From positions 41,699 to 105,698 of the forward strand of contig CAZAPM010000007.1 in NCBI GenBank assembly GCA_964487475.1: a stretch of 64,000 nt of DNA, read 5' to 3'. The notes below the pieces were generated by a model. It did no database searches. It saw nothing but the letters and a program-made list of their open reading frames with translations, and was not told the DNA's origin. Source of the stretch: an uncultured Planctomycetales bacterium (GTDB lineage Bacteria > Omnitrophota > Gorgyraeia > Gygaellales > Profunditerraquicolaceae). Position numbers and translations under genes: made by a program. Below are positions 37,294-49,465 of this stretch, in pieces. Each line of letters starts with the position of its first letter. The stretch's first letter is position 1.

Positions 37294-39278
37294 TGCCGGA
37301 TTTCAAGCTGCACGCTTCCTTTCAGCCATGCGGTGACCAGCCCCGGGCGATCGAGGAGCTGGCGGCATCGGTCGGCGCAGGCAACCGCTATCAGACCCTG
37401 CTGGGGGTGACCGGCTCCGGCAAGACTTTCACCCTGGCCAACCTGATCACCCGTATCCGCATGCCGGTGCTGGTGATCTCCCACAACAAGACCCTCGCCG
37501 CGCAGCTCTACGAAGAGTTCCGCGAGTTCTTTCCCGGCAACGCCGTAGAGTACTTCGTCAGCTACTACGATTACTATCAGCCCGAGGCGTACGTCCCTTC
37601 CACCGATACCTATATAGAGAAAGACGCCTCCATCAACGACCGGCTGGACAGGCTGCGCCTTTCCGCGACCTCGAACCTGATGTCCAGGGAGGACGTGATC
37701 ATCGTCTCTTCCGTGTCCTGCATCTATAACCTGGGCTCGCCGCAGGAGTATCGGGAACACACCGTGTTCTTCGCCCAGGGCGCGCAGATGGACCGGCAGC
37801 AGCTCCTGCGCCGCCTGATCTCCCTGCAGTACGAGCGCAACGATTACGAGTTCGTGCGCGGAAGGTTCAGGGTGCGCGGGGATTGCGTCGAGCTTTTCCC
37901 GGCGTACCAGCAGACCGCGGTGCGTATCCAGTTCTTCGGGGATACGGTCGAGTCGCTGCAGGAGATCGATCCGCTCACAGGCAAGGTCATCGCGGCCTTG
38001 AAAAGCGCCACCATCTATGCCGCCAAGCACTTTCTCGTGGGTTCTCCGAAAATAGAAGCCGCGTTAAAGGATATCGGCCGGGAGCTGGAGGAGAGGCTTG
38101 CCGAACTGCGTTCCCGCAACAAGCTGCTGGAGGCGCAGCGGCTCGAGCAGCGCACCCGGTATGACATGGAGATGCTCAAGGAGCTCGGCTACTGCCCGGG
38201 TATCGAGAACTACTCCCGGGTGCTGGAAGGGCGCGCGCCGGGTTCCCGGCCGCACTGCCTGATCGACTATTTCCCGAAGAAGTTCCTGGTGGTGATCGAC
38301 GAGTCGCACGTGACCGTCCCGCAGATCAGGGGTATGTACGCGGGAGATAAGGCGCGCAAGGAGACTTTGGTCGAGTACGGGTTCAGGCTGCCTTCCTGCC
38401 TGGACAACCGTCCTTTGCGTTACGAGGAGTTCCTTTCGCTGGTGCCGCAGGCGGTGTTCGTATCCGCTACCCCGGATAAGTATGAGATCGGGTTAAGCGG
38501 CAGGGAAGTGGTGGAGCAGATCATCCGGCCTACGGGGCTGGTCGATCCGGAGATCGAGGTCCGTCCGGTGGAAGGGCAGATGGACGACCTGGTCTCCGAG
38601 GTCTCGGAGCGGGCGAAGCGCAACGAGCGCGCCCTCATCACCACGCTTACCAAGCGCATGGCAGAGGACCTTACCGCCTATTTACAGGAAAAGGGGTTGA
38701 AGGTACAATATCTGCATTCGGATATCGAGACCATAGAGCGCACCAGGATACTCAAGCAGCTGCGGGAGAAAAAATTCGACTGCCTGGTGGGGATCAATCT
38801 GTTGCGGGAAGGACTGGACCTGCCCGAGGTGTCCCTGGTGGCGATCCTGGATGCGGATAAGGAGGGGTTCCTGCGCTCCGTGACCTCCCTGATCCAGGTG
38901 GCCGGCCGCGCCGCGCGAAACGTCAACGGCCGGGTGATCATGTACGCGGACGAGGTCACCGATTCCATGCGCCGGGCTATCGCCGAGAGCGGGCGCCGGA
39001 GACAGCGTCAGATGGAGTTCAACCGGGAGCAGGGGATCACCCCGCGCACCGTGCAGAAGGCGATCAAGGAGGGGATCGAGGTCTGGGCGCAGGCGCAGGA
39101 GTTCGTGGCCGGATTGACCGGGGAGGCGAGGGATGAGTTCGAGATGCACAGCTACATCGCGGAGCTCGAATATGAGATGGAGCTGGCGGCGCGTAACCTG
39201 CAGTTCGAGCAGGCGGCCCTGCTTCGGGATAAGATCGCCGGGCTTAAGACAAAACAGCAGGTAAGGAAGAAGGGGTGA
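37293..39278 (+). CDS. uvrB: Excinuclease ABC subunit B
   Basis: Internal Met 33 of ORF 37197. GVTGSGKTF Walker A, helicase motifs and a C-terminal UVR domain. TGATG overlap with the upstream stop. Confidence 0.95.
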   Translation: MPDFKLHASFQPCGDQPRAIEELAASVGAGNRYQTLLGVTGSGKTFTLANLITRIRMPVLVISHNKTLAAQLYEEFREFFPGNAVEYFVSYYDYYQPEAYVPSTDTYIEKDASINDRLDRLRLSATSNLMSREDVIIVSSVSCIYNLGSPQEYREHTVFFAQGAQMDRQQLLRRLISLQYERNDYEFVRGRFRVRGDCVELFPAYQQTAVRIQFFGDTVESLQEIDPLTGKVIAALKSATIYAAKHFLVGSPKIEAALKDIGRELEERLAELRSRNKLLEAQRLEQRTRYDMEMLKELGYCPGIENYSRVLEGRAPGSRPHCLIDYFPKKFLVVIDESHVTVPQIRGMYAGDKARKETLVEYGFRLPSCLDNRPLRYEEFLSLVPQAVFVSATPDKYEIGLSGREVVEQIIRPTGLVDPEIEVRPVEGQMDDLVSEVSERAKRNERALITTLTKRMAEDLTAYLQEKGLKVQYLHSDIETIERTRILKQLREKKFDCLVGINLLREGLDLPEVSLVAILDADKEGFLRSVTSLIQVAGRAARNVNGRVIMYADEVTDSMRRAIAESGRRRQRQMEFNREQGITPRTVQKAIKEGIEVWAQAQEFVAGLTGEARDEFEMHSYIAELEYEMELAARNLQFEQAALLRDKIAGLKTKQQVRKKG

Positions 39279-39280
39279 GC

Positions 39281-40027
39281 ATGGGCGCGTATGTGGTGGC
39301 GGCGATAGGGAATTCGACGATACGGGGCGCGGTATCCGGCGCGCGGAAGGCAACGGTGCGCGGGATATTCTCCGTTCCTGCCGCCGATCCTCAGGCGATG
39401 GCGCGGGTGCGCAACGCACTTGTGCGGATACGTTTCGAGGAGTCGGCGGTCTGTTCTACGGTGCCTTCCCTGACACCCGTCCTTTGCCGCGTGCTGAAAG
39501 AGCGCTCGGGCCGGACTCCTCTGGTGATCGGCCGTACGCTGCGTGTGCCCCTGCGGGTGCGCTACCGCAGTGCCGGTACTTTGGGAGCCGACAGGCTCCT
39601 GTGCGCCTGGGAAGCGGTCCAGGTGTGCGGCGCTCCCGTGATCGTGGTGGATTGCGGTACCGCGATCACGGTCAATATCGTCGACGGACAGGGCAGGTTC
39701 TGCGGCGGCGCGATACTCCCCGGGCTGTGCATGGCAGCCAAGGCCTTATCCCGGGGTACCGCCCAGCTGCCCTGCGTGGTGCTGCGCGGCAGGGTCGTGC
39801 CGGTGGGCAGGGATACGGTTTCCTGCATCAGGGCCGGGGTGGTGCGAGGCGCCGCTGCCGCGGTAGAGGGTCTCATCGCCGAAGCCCGCAAGGAGTTAGG
39901 CGTACCGGCCCCGGTGATCGCCACCGGAGGGGATGCGCGGTATCTTGCCCGGTATAGTCCTTCCTTAAGGACGGTCAAGCCCGACCTGCTGCTGGAAGGC
40001 GCTGCGCGGCTGTTTTCCCGTCGGTAA
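39281..40027 (+). CDS. coaX: Type III pantothenate kinase (CoaX/Baf)
   Basis: AIGNSTIRGA...DCGTAITVNIV...GGAILPG acetate/sugar-kinase fold motifs. The ATG at 39281 is preferred over the GTG at 39275. Confidence 0.7.
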   Translation: MGAYVVAAIGNSTIRGAVSGARKATVRGIFSVPAADPQAMARVRNALVRIRFEESAVCSTVPSLTPVLCRVLKERSGRTPLVIGRTLRVPLRVRYRSAGTLGADRLLCAWEAVQVCGAPVIVVDCGTAITVNIVDGQGRFCGGAILPGLCMAAKALSRGTAQLPCVVLRGRVVPVGRDTVSCIRAGVVRGAAAAVEGLIAEARKELGVPAPVIATGGDARYLARYSPSLRTVKPDLLLEGAARLFSRR

Positions 40028-40081
40028 AATGATCAGGTATTCTCCCGCCGTCCGAGCCCCGTAAGATCGCAATTTTTTTTC

Positions 40082-40109
40082 TTGACAAAAATTCAAACCT
40101 GTTTATAAT
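40082..40109 (+). promoter_or_regulatory. Sigma-70 promoter of the groESL operon
   Basis: TTGACA-N16-TATAAT lies immediately 5' of the CIRCE element. Confidence 0.6.
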
Positions 40110-40135
40110 TAGCACTCTGTAAGGTTGAGTGCTAA
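40109..40135 (+). promoter_or_regulatory. CIRCE operator (HrcA binding site)
   Basis: Perfect TTAGCACTC-N9-GAGTGCTAA inverted repeat, 46 nt upstream of groES. Confidence 0.85.
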
Positions 40136-40181
40136 AAATTTCACATACACATCTAACCAATACCTTAAAGGAGGTGCGTGT

Positions 40182-40472
40182 ATGAACATCCAACCCTTAG
40201 GAGACCGCGTGGTCGTCAAGCCGTTGGAAGCAGAAGCAAAGTCCAAAGGCGGTATACTTCTTCCTGATACCGCAAAGGAAAGGCCGCAGGAGGGCAAAGT
40301 AGTGGCGGTGGGTAAAGGCAAGGTCATGGATAACGGTACCGTTTCCGCTCCCGAGGTCAAGGTGGGGGATAAGGTGCTCTACGGTAAGTATTCCGGCAAC
40401 GAGATCACCACCAAGGACGGGGAAGAGCTTTTGATCATGCGCGAAGAGGATATCCTCGCGGTGTTGAAATAA
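40182..40472 (+). CDS. groES: Co-chaperonin GroES
   Basis: [18 protein letters not shown]... at 96 aa. RBS AAAGGAGG. Confidence 0.95.
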   Translation: MNIQPLGDRVVVKPLEAEAKSKGGILLPDTAKERPQEGKVVAVGKGKVMDNGTVSAPEVKVGDKVLYGKYSGNEITTKDGEELLIMREEDILAVLK

Positions 40473-40495
40473 TCCATTATTTAAGGAGGAACTGA

Positions 40496-42136
<1,641 letters not shown>

Positions 42137-42155
42137 TCTGCCTGAAGTGATGCAT

Positions 42156-42190
42156 GGGCGGGAAAGGAAACTTTCCCGCCCATTTTATTT
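42156..42190 (+). terminator. Rho-independent terminator of groESL
   Basis: GGGCGGGAAAG-gaaa-CTTTCCCGCCC stem-loop followed by ATTTTATTT. Confidence 0.75.
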
Positions 42191-42212
42191 ATGACGGGTA
42201 TATATTTTATTG

Positions 42213-42241
42213 TTGACATATCGAGGGAGAAAGGGTAAAAT
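42213..42241 (+). promoter_or_regulatory. Putative sigma-70 promoter for the guaB-like/guaA operon
   Basis: TTGACA-N17-TAAAAT lies about 80 nt upstream of the ATG. Confidence 0.45.
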
Positions 42242-42322
42242 ATCTAATCAATTTCGCTTCCCAGGAAGCATAGCCAAATTTACCTAACCCTTTATAATAA
42301 AACAAGTTATAAGGAGATCAGC

Positions 42323-43483
42323 ATGGCGGAATGGATAGGTATCGAAAGACGTGCCCGCAGGTGTTACGGTTTTGACGAGATCGCGCTGGTTCCCGGATCG
42401 CAGACGATCAACCCCGCAGAGGTGGATACCACCTTCGAGATCGGCGGCCATAAGTTCTCCGTGCCTATCCTGGCGGCGGCCATGGACGGCGTGGTCGACG
42501 TGACCATGGCGGTGGAGATGTCCAAGATCGGCGGCATCGCCGTGATCAATCTCGACGGAGTCCAGACCAGGTACGAGAATCCCGGCGAGATACTCGAGCA
42601 GATCGCCAGCGCCACTCCCGACGAAGCGACGACCCTGATCCAGAAAGTCTATTCCACCCCGATCAAGGAAAAACTGGTGGCGAAAAGGGTCAAAGAGATC
42701 AAGCAGAAAAAGGGCACCGCGGTCGTCAGCTGTATCCCTTCCAACGCGGAAAAATTCGCTAAATTGGCGGTAGGCGCGGGCGCGGATATTTTCATCGTCC
42801 AGTCCACCGTCACTACCACCCGTCATATCTCCACCCAGTACAAGACGTTGGACCTGGAAAAATTCTGCAAATCGGTCAAGATCCCGGTGATCCTGGGCAA
42901 CTGCGTGACGTACGAGACCACTCTGGAACTGATGGAAACCGGCGCTTCCGGGCTTCTGATCGGGGTGGGGCCGGGCGCCGCCTGTACCACCCGCGGAGTG
43001 CTTGGCATAGGGGTGCCGCAGGTGACCGCGACCGTGGATGCCTCCGCGGCCAGGGATTATTTCTATAAGCGCACCGGAAAGTACGTCCCCATCATTACCG
43101 ACGGAGGCATGAACCGCGGCGGCGATATCTGCAAGGCGTTCGCCTCGGGCGCGGATGCGGTAATGATCGGTTCGAGCTTTGCCCGGGCGAAGGAAGCACC
43201 GGGAAGGGGATATCACTGGGGTATGGCCACTTCCCATGTGAATCTGCCGCGCGGTACCCGCATCTATGTGGGCACCACCGGCACGGTCAAAGAGATATTA
43301 TTCGGCCCGGCGCGCGTAGATGACGGGTCGCAGAACCTGATGGGTGCCCTGAAAACCTCCATGGGCTCCCTGGGTGCGGGAACGATAAAACAGATGCACG
43401 ATGTCGAGATCATCATCGCGCCTTCCATCCAGACGGAAGGCAAGATCTTCCAGGTCGGGCAGAGGGTAGGAATGGGGAAGTAA
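42323..43483 (+). CDS. IMP dehydrogenase family protein lacking the CBS pair (GuaB/GuaB3-like)
   Basis: TIM-barrel IMPDH motifs including the catalytic-Cys loop [20 protein letters not shown]. Only 386 aa with no CBS insert. Lies directly upstream of guaA. Confidence 0.75.
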   Translation: MAEWIGIERRARRCYGFDEIALVPGSQTINPAEVDTTFEIGGHKFSVPILAAAMDGVVDVTMAVEMSKIGGIAVINLDGVQTRYENPGEILEQIASATPDEATTLIQKVYSTPIKEKLVAKRVKEIKQKKGTAVVSCIPSNAEKFAKLAVGAGADIFIVQSTVTTTRHISTQYKTLDLEKFCKSVKIPVILGNCVTYETTLELMETGASGLLIGVGPGAACTTRGVLGIGVPQVTATVDASAARDYFYKRTGKYVPIITDGGMNRGGDICKAFASGADAVMIGSSFARAKEAPGRGYHWGMATSHVNLPRGTRIYVGTTGTVKEILFGPARVDDGSQNLMGALKTSMGSLGAGTIKQMHDVEIIIAPSIQTEGKIFQVGQRVGMGK

Positions 43484-43484
43484 G

Positions 43485-45026
43485 ATGACACGCCAGACGG
43501 TAATCATCCTGGATTTCGGTTCGCAGTATACACAGCTCATCGCCCGCCGGGTGCGCGAGAACAAGGTCTACTCCCGGATCATGCCTTTCAATACGCCCGC
43601 CTCGCAGATCGCGGCGCTGGCCCCGAAGGGGATCATCCTTTCCGGAGGTCCGGCGTCCGTCACCGACAAGAAGAGCCCGGTCCCGGACAAGGGGATCTAT
43701 AAACTGGGGATACCCATCCTGGGGATATGTTACGGTCTGCAGGTGACCGCGGAACTCTTAGGGGGCAAGGTCAGGCACAGCCGGGGCAGGGAATTCGGCA
43801 AGACCGAGCTTTTCGTGGATGATACCAGGGATATCTTCAGCCATCTTCCGGGTAATTTCACCTGCTGGGCTTCGCACGGGGACCATGTGGTGAAACTGCC
43901 TCCGGGGTTCCAGGTGATCGCGCACACCGCCAACGCGCCTCTGGCTGCGGTGGTGAACCGTACCAGGAAGATATACGGCGTGCAGTTCCATCCCGAAGTG
44001 ACCCATACCGAAAAAGGCAACCAGATCATCGGCAATTTCCTCTTCAAGGTATGCGGCTGCATCGGCCGCTGGACCATGCAGTCCTTCATCAAGGAGAGTG
44101 TCGAGTCGATCAAGAAGACGGTGGGCAAGGACCGGGTGGTCTTAGGCTTAAGCGGGGGCGTGGATTCCTCCGTGGCCGCGATCCTGCTGCACCGGGCTAT
44201 CGGCAAGAACCTGCGCTGCATCTTCGTGGATAACGGGCTGGTGCGCAAGAACGAGCCCCGCCAGATCAAGGACGTGTTCAAGAATATGTACCACCTGAAC
44301 CTCGACTACGTCGACCGCAGCAAGCGGTTCCTGGATAAATTGAAGGGGGTCACCGACCCGGAGGCGAAGCGCAAGATCATCGGGGAAGAGTTCGTGCGCG
44401 TCTTCGAGGAGGAGGCCAAAAAGTTCAAGGGGGTCAAGTTCCTCGGGCAGGGCACGCTGTATCCCGACGTTATCGAGTCGGTCTCCGTGACCGGTTCCCC
44501 GTCCGCCAAGATCAAGAGCCACCATAACGTGGGCGGGCTCCCGGAAAAGATGAACCTCAAGGTGATCGAACCGCTGCGCGAGCTTTTCAAGGATGAAGTG
44601 CGCGCCATCGGACGGGAGCTGGGGCTTCCGGATGTCATCATCAAGCGCCAGCCTTTCCCTGGGCCGGGCCTGGCCATCCGGGTGATCGGGGACGTGACCA
44701 AGGAGCGGCTGGACCTGCTGCGGGAAGTCGACGAGCGGGTGCTGGAGGAGATCGTTGCCGCCGGCCTGTACGATCAGGTCTGGCAGTCCTTTGCGGTGCT
44801 GCTTCCGATCAAGTCGGTGGGGGTGATGGGGGATGAGCGCACCTACGAGCATGTGGTGGCGATCCGCTGCGTGACCAGCCTGGACGGCATGACCGCCGAC
44901 TGGGTGCCGCTTCCCGCCGAACTGCTGGGGCGTATCTCCAACCGCATCATCAACGAGGTCAAAGGCGTCAACCGGGTCTGTTACGATATCAGCTCCAAGC
45001 CTCCCGCCACCATAGAGTGGGAATAA
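43485..45026 (+). CDS. guaA: GMP synthase (glutamine-hydrolysing)
   Basis: GATase domain ([15 protein letters not shown]), an ATP-PPase SGGVDSSV motif and a C-terminal dimerisation domain. Confidence 0.95.
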   Translation: MTRQTVIILDFGSQYTQLIARRVRENKVYSRIMPFNTPASQIAALAPKGIILSGGPASVTDKKSPVPDKGIYKLGIPILGICYGLQVTAELLGGKVRHSRGREFGKTELFVDDTRDIFSHLPGNFTCWASHGDHVVKLPPGFQVIAHTANAPLAAVVNRTRKIYGVQFHPEVTHTEKGNQIIGNFLFKVCGCIGRWTMQSFIKESVESIKKTVGKDRVVLGLSGGVDSSVAAILLHRAIGKNLRCIFVDNGLVRKNEPRQIKDVFKNMYHLNLDYVDRSKRFLDKLKGVTDPEAKRKIIGEEFVRVFEEEAKKFKGVKFLGQGTLYPDVIESVSVTGSPSAKIKSHHNVGGLPEKMNLKVIEPLRELFKDEVRAIGRELGLPDVIIKRQPFPGPGLAIRVIGDVTKERLDLLREVDERVLEEIVAAGLYDQVWQSFAVLLPIKSVGVMGDERTYEHVVAIRCVTSLDGMTADWVPLPAELLGRISNRIINEVKGVNRVCYDISSKPPATIEWE

Positions 45027-45037
45027 GTATGTAAGGC

Positions 45038-46033
45038 ATGAATAGATTACGCACGCTGGTCGGCGCGCTGCTGCTGAGTTTTAGTTTTGCGTTGTTCAGC
45101 TGGTACTTTTCCGTGCAGCAGGTGGACCGTTTTTCCCTGCGCCCGGTCAAGGTGCAGGTGCAGTATAACACTCTCGTCCGCGGGGATTGCTGCGGCGAGA
45201 TAATGGTCCCCGCCCCGTGGAAGAACCGTATCCTTTTTCCCCTGGCGTTCGTCTCCGTGTCCAGGGCGTTTCCGCAGTTTTCACCCTCGCAATGGTTCCT
45301 GCTCCTGCGTTTTTTGCTGCTCTGGGCTTTTTACGCGTGCTTTTACCTTTTGCTTCGCCGCATGAGCGGAGGCTCTTTCCGTACGCTGCTTTTCGGCCTG
45401 GGGCTGTGCGCGTACATGCTCACCTTCGCCCTGATCAAGGATGAGGTAAGCAGCGACCTCCTGGACGCCTGTTTCTTCCTGTTCTTTTTCTGGGGGGTCA
45501 GCCGGATGCGCAGGTGGGCGGTGTTCCTGGGCGTGATACTGGCGGCGGCGAACCGGGAGTCCAATGCGTTCGTTGGGGTGCTCTGGTTGTTGGTGCACGG
45601 ATTCGACTCCCAAGGCAAGTTCGTGAAACGGGAGGGGGCGTTCGCGCTGCTCCTGAGCGTCACGGGGTACCTTCTGGTCACGGCGCTGCGCACATACTTT
45701 CTTGCCGGAGAGAATCCCGACCTGCAGTGGTTCATCGGCCTTGCCTGTATCCGGGATTTCATCATGCCGGTCTTCCGCGCGCCGGTATCTCTGCTGTCCC
45801 TGCCCTCGTACATCCTTTTTGCCCTGTTCTTTCCGGTGTCCGCCTGGATATATCATAACCGTTCCCTGATGCGCGGATCAGATGTCCGCCTGGTGCAGGG
45901 TGCGGCTCTGATCGCGGGATTAAGCGTGCTCACCAGCGGCAGCATCGCGGAGCCGCGGGTGTTCATTCCGACGCTGGTAGTGCTGGCGGCCACGGCGACC
46001 ATGCTGGAGGGGAGGCGACATGCCGTACGCTGA
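45038..46033 (+). CDS. Hypothetical polytopic membrane protein
   Basis: 331 aa with at least 8 hydrophobic helices. No recognisable motif. Confidence 0.45.
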   Translation: MNRLRTLVGALLLSFSFALFSWYFSVQQVDRFSLRPVKVQVQYNTLVRGDCCGEIMVPAPWKNRILFPLAFVSVSRAFPQFSPSQWFLLLRFLLLWAFYACFYLLLRRMSGGSFRTLLFGLGLCAYMLTFALIKDEVSSDLLDACFFLFFFWGVSRMRRWAVFLGVILAAANRESNAFVGVLWLLVHGFDSQGKFVKREGAFALLLSVTGYLLVTALRTYFLAGENPDLQWFIGLACIRDFIMPVFRAPVSLLSLPSYILFALFFPVSAWIYHNRSLMRGSDVRLVQGAALIAGLSVLTSGSIAEPRVFIPTLVVLAATATMLEGRRHAVR

Positions 46034-49000
46034 TTTCACCCACCTGCATCTGCACACCCAGTTCAGCCTGCTGGACGGCGCCTGCCGTATCCCCGAGCTG
46101 GTAGCGCTGGCCCATCACCATAAAATGGATTCTCTGGCGATCACCGACCACGGCAGCATGTTCGGCGCGGTGGATTTTTACCAGGAGGCGCGTAAGGCCG
46201 GGGTCAAGCCGATCGTCGGCTGCGAGGTATACGTGGCTCCCCGCAGCCGCCTGGAAAAGGGAGGCGGAGGGATAGACGAGGCAGCGTATCATCTGATCCT
46301 CCTGGCAAAGGACGAGGAGGGGTACCGCAACCTGATGAAACTGGTTTCTCTGGCGTACCTGGAAGGGTTCTATTACCGGCCGCGCATCGACAAGGAGGTG
46401 CTTGCCTCGCACTCCAAGGGTTTGATCGGTTTAAGCGCCTGCCTGAAAGGCGAGGTCCCCTCGCTGTTGCTCCAGAAGCGTTATCCCGACGCCCTGAAGA
46501 CCGCGGACGAGTACGCGCATATCCTGGGCAAAGGTAATTATTACATCGAGGTGCAGGTCAACGGCATTCCGGAGCAGGAGGAGGCGAATAAGGGCCTGGT
46601 CAAGATCGCCCGGGAGCTTTCTCTGCCGCTGGTCGCGACCAACGACGTGCATTACCTGACCAAGGAAGCGGCCAAAAGCCATGATGCGCTGCTGTGCATC
46701 CAGACGCAGACCATGCTCGAAGATACCAACCGCATGCGTATGTCCAGCGACGAGTTCTATTTCAAGTCACCCGATGAGATGAAGCACCTGTTCAAGGAGG
46801 TGCCGGAAGCGGTGACCAACACCATCGAGATCGCCCGCAGATGCAACCTGGAGCTGGAATTCGGCAAGCTGCGCCTGCCGAAATACGAGTCGCCGGTCGG
46901 GCAGACCAAGGAAGAGTATCTGCGCCAGCTCTGCGAGGAAGGGCTGACCCGCCGTTTCACGGAGGTCACTCCGGAGATCCGCGCCAGGATGGAGTTCGAG
47001 CTGGGCGTCATCCAGAAGATGGGGTTCGTCAGTTATTTCCTGATCGTCTGGGATTTCATCCATTACGCCAAGAAACAGGGGATACCGGTCGGCCCGGGCC
47101 GCGGAAGCGCCGCCGGAAGCCTGGTCAGTTTCCTGCTGGGGATCACCGACCTCAACCCTTTGACCTACGGATTGCTTTTTGAGCGGTTCCTCAATCCGGA
47201 GCGCATCGGCATGCCGGATATCGACATCGATTTCTGCTACGAGCGCCGCCAGGAGGTCATCGATTACGTGACCTCCAAGTACGGCCAGGAGAACGTGGCC
47301 CAGATCATCACCTTCGGGACCATGCAGGCCAGGGCGGTGGTCAGGGACGTGGGCCGGGTCATGGGCATGAGCTATGCGGACGTCGACCGCATCGCCAAGC
47401 TCATCCCTCCCGAACTCGACATGACCCTGAAGAAGGCGCTGGAAAGCGAGCCGGAGCTCAACAATCTTTACAAGAACGACCCGCAGGTCAAGCAGCTCAT
47501 CACCACCGGCATGGTGCTGGAAGGGCTCAACCGGCATGCGTCGATCCACGCCGCCGGAGTGGTGATCGCGGACAAGCCGTTGAACGAGTATACCCCTCTT
47601 TTCAAGTCGAACGACGACCAGATCACCACCGGGTACAGCATGTCGGTGCTGGAGAAGATCGGCCTGCTCAAGGTGGATTTCCTGGGGCTGCGCACGTTGA
47701 CCGTCATCTCGGAAACGGTGAAGATGGTCAAAGAGACGCAGGGGGTGACGCTGGATATGGACACCATCCCGCTGGACGATAAGAAGACCTACCAGCTGCT
47801 GGGAGCGGCCCAGACCATGGGGGTCTTCCAGGTGGAAAGTTCCGGGATGCGCGACCTCTTGCGCAAGCTCGAGCCCGAGCGTTTCGAGGACGTCATCGCG
47901 CTCCTGGCGCTGTACCGTCCCGGTCCTATCGGCTCCGGGATGCTCGACGATTTCATCAAGCGCAAGCACGGGCAGACCGGCATCACCTACGAACATCCCC
48001 GGCTCGAACCGATCCTTAAGGAAACGTACGGGATCATGGTCTATCAGGAACAGATCATGCAGATCGCCTCGGCGCTGGCAGGGTTTACCCTGGCCCAGTC
48101 CGACCTCCTGCGCAAGGCCATGGGCAAGAAGATCCCCGAGGTAATGGAGAAGGAGCGCAGCAATTTCGTCAACGGGTGCGTCAAGAACGGTATCCGCAGC
48201 GCCCTGGCCACCAGGATCTTCGACCTGATCGAATATTTCTCCGGGTACGGCTTCAATAAATCGCACAGCGCCGCGTACGCCCTGATCTCCTACCGCACGG
48301 CGTACCTGAAAGCGAATTACCCCACCGAGTTCATGGCCGCCTTGCTTACCTCGGAACGGGACAATACCGATAAGATCGTGGAGTATGTGAGCGAATGCGG
48401 ACGCATGGGGATCCAGGTGCTTCCGCCCAGTATTAACGAGAGCGACCCGCTGTTCAAGGTGGTGGGCCCCAAGGCCATACGTTTCGGGCTGCGCGCGGTC
48501 AAGAACGTGGGCAAAGGGGCGGTGGAATCCATGCTTGCGGCGAGAGCGAAGGGCGGGCCCTTCGCCAGCCTGCAGGACCTCTGCGAGCGTATCGACCTGC
48601 ACCAGACCAACAAGAAGGTGTTGGAGAGCCTGATCAAGTGCGGCGCGCTGGATGATTTCAAGGTCCCCCGGGCGCGCATGGCCGCGGGCCTCGACGTGAT
48701 GATGGAGCAGGCGTCCCGCACCAGCCGGGAGCGTTCCAGCGGACAGCTTTCCTTTTTCGATATGGGGGAGGCGCAGGCAAGCTTTACCAAGGCTTCGGTC
48801 GAGCTGCCCCAGGTGCATGAGTGGCCGGAGCCGCAGGTACTGGCCTTCGAGAAGGAGATGCTCGGATTTTACGTGAGCGGCCATCCTCTGGCGAGATACT
48901 CCGGCCAGCTCAAGAGGTTCGTGTCCAGCTCCATCGCCAAACTGCCTTCCCGCAAGGACGAGGAAGAGGTGAAGGTGGTCGGCCTGATCGAGAAGATCAA

Positions 49001-49457
49001 GCATACCATCACCCGGGCCAAGCAGGAGAAGATGGCGATCCTTAAAGTGGAGGACCTGGAGGCGGCAGTGGAGGTGCTGGTCTTTCCCCAGACGTTCCAG
49101 AAGATATCCCGTTATATCCAGCCCAACAGCGTGGTGCTGATCAAAGGGAAGCTTAACCTGCGGGAGGAGACCCCGAAAATAATCGCGAACGATATGGTGC
49201 CGATCGATGAGGTGTACCGGCAGATATCCTCCATCTCCATCAACCTTTCCGGGGTGAGGGAGAACGTGTTCTCCACCCTTAAGGAAATGCTGGTCGCTTC
49301 GCCGGGTAAGGTGCCGGTGTTCCTGCAGATCGAATCGGCGAGCAAGTCGCGCACCCACGTGGTGGTAGGGGAGCATCTGTACGTGCATCCGAGCGCGAAA
49401 CTGATACAGGATATCGAAGCGTTGCTGGGTGAGGAGAAGCTCACCCTGATGCTGTGA
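46020..49457 (+). CDS. dnaE: DNA polymerase III alpha subunit
   Basis: PHP domain at the N-terminus (HLHLHTQFSLLDGA) and polymerase core motifs. 1145 aa. Confidence 0.95.
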   Translation: MPYADFTHLHLHTQFSLLDGACRIPELVALAHHHKMDSLAITDHGSMFGAVDFYQEARKAGVKPIVGCEVYVAPRSRLEKGGGGIDEAAYHLILLAKDEEGYRNLMKLVSLAYLEGFYYRPRIDKEVLASHSKGLIGLSACLKGEVPSLLLQKRYPDALKTADEYAHILGKGNYYIEVQVNGIPEQEEANKGLVKIARELSLPLVATNDVHYLTKEAAKSHDALLCIQTQTMLEDTNRMRMSSDEFYFKSPDEMKHLFKEVPEAVTNTIEIARRCNLELEFGKLRLPKYESPVGQTKEEYLRQLCEEGLTRRFTEVTPEIRARMEFELGVIQKMGFVSYFLIVWDFIHYAKKQGIPVGPGRGSAAGSLVSFLLGITDLNPLTYGLLFERFLNPERIGMPDIDIDFCYERRQEVIDYVTSKYGQENVAQIITFGTMQARAVVRDVGRVMGMSYADVDRIAKLIPPELDMTLKKALESEPELNNLYKNDPQVKQLITTGMVLEGLNRHASIHAAGVVIADKPLNEYTPLFKSNDDQITTGYSMSVLEKIGLLKVDFLGLRTLTVISETVKMVKETQGVTLDMDTIPLDDKKTYQLLGAAQTMGVFQVESSGMRDLLRKLEPERFEDVIALLALYRPGPIGSGMLDDFIKRKHGQTGITYEHPRLEPILKETYGIMVYQEQIMQIASALAGFTLAQSDLLRKAMGKKIPEVMEKERSNFVNGCVKNGIRSALATRIFDLIEYFSGYGFNKSHSAAYALISYRTAYLKANYPTEFMAALLTSERDNTDKIVEYVSECGRMGIQVLPPSINESDPLFKVVGPKAIRFGLRAVKNVGKGAVESMLAARAKGGPFASLQDLCERIDLHQTNKKVLESLIKCGALDDFKVPRARMAAGLDVMMEQASRTSRERSSGQLSFFDMGEAQASFTKASVELPQVHEWPEPQVLAFEKEMLGFYVSGHPLARYSGQLKRFVSSSIAKLPSRKDEEEVKVVGLIEKIKHTITRAKQEKMAILKVEDLEAAVEVLVFPQTFQKISRYIQPNSVVLIKGKLNLREETPKIIANDMVPIDEVYRQISSISINLSGVRENVFSTLKEMLVASPGKVPVFLQIESASKSRTHVVVGEHLYVHPSAKLIQDIEALLGEEKLTLML

Positions 49458-49465
49458 GAGGCCGT

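Noticed and set aside
46767-49388. 873-aa minus-strand ORF, with similar long antisense ORFs at 2459-4135, 20304-22466, 26947-28548, 34054-35247, 25859-27091, 6759-7685, 13503-14495 and 15286-16137
   Set aside because: Each lies entirely antisense to a strongly supported + gene (dnaE, RACo, the histidine kinase, thrC, valS, hom, ftsH and others). They have R/G/H/P-rich low-complexity composition typical of GC-rich antisense frames and no recognisable motifs.
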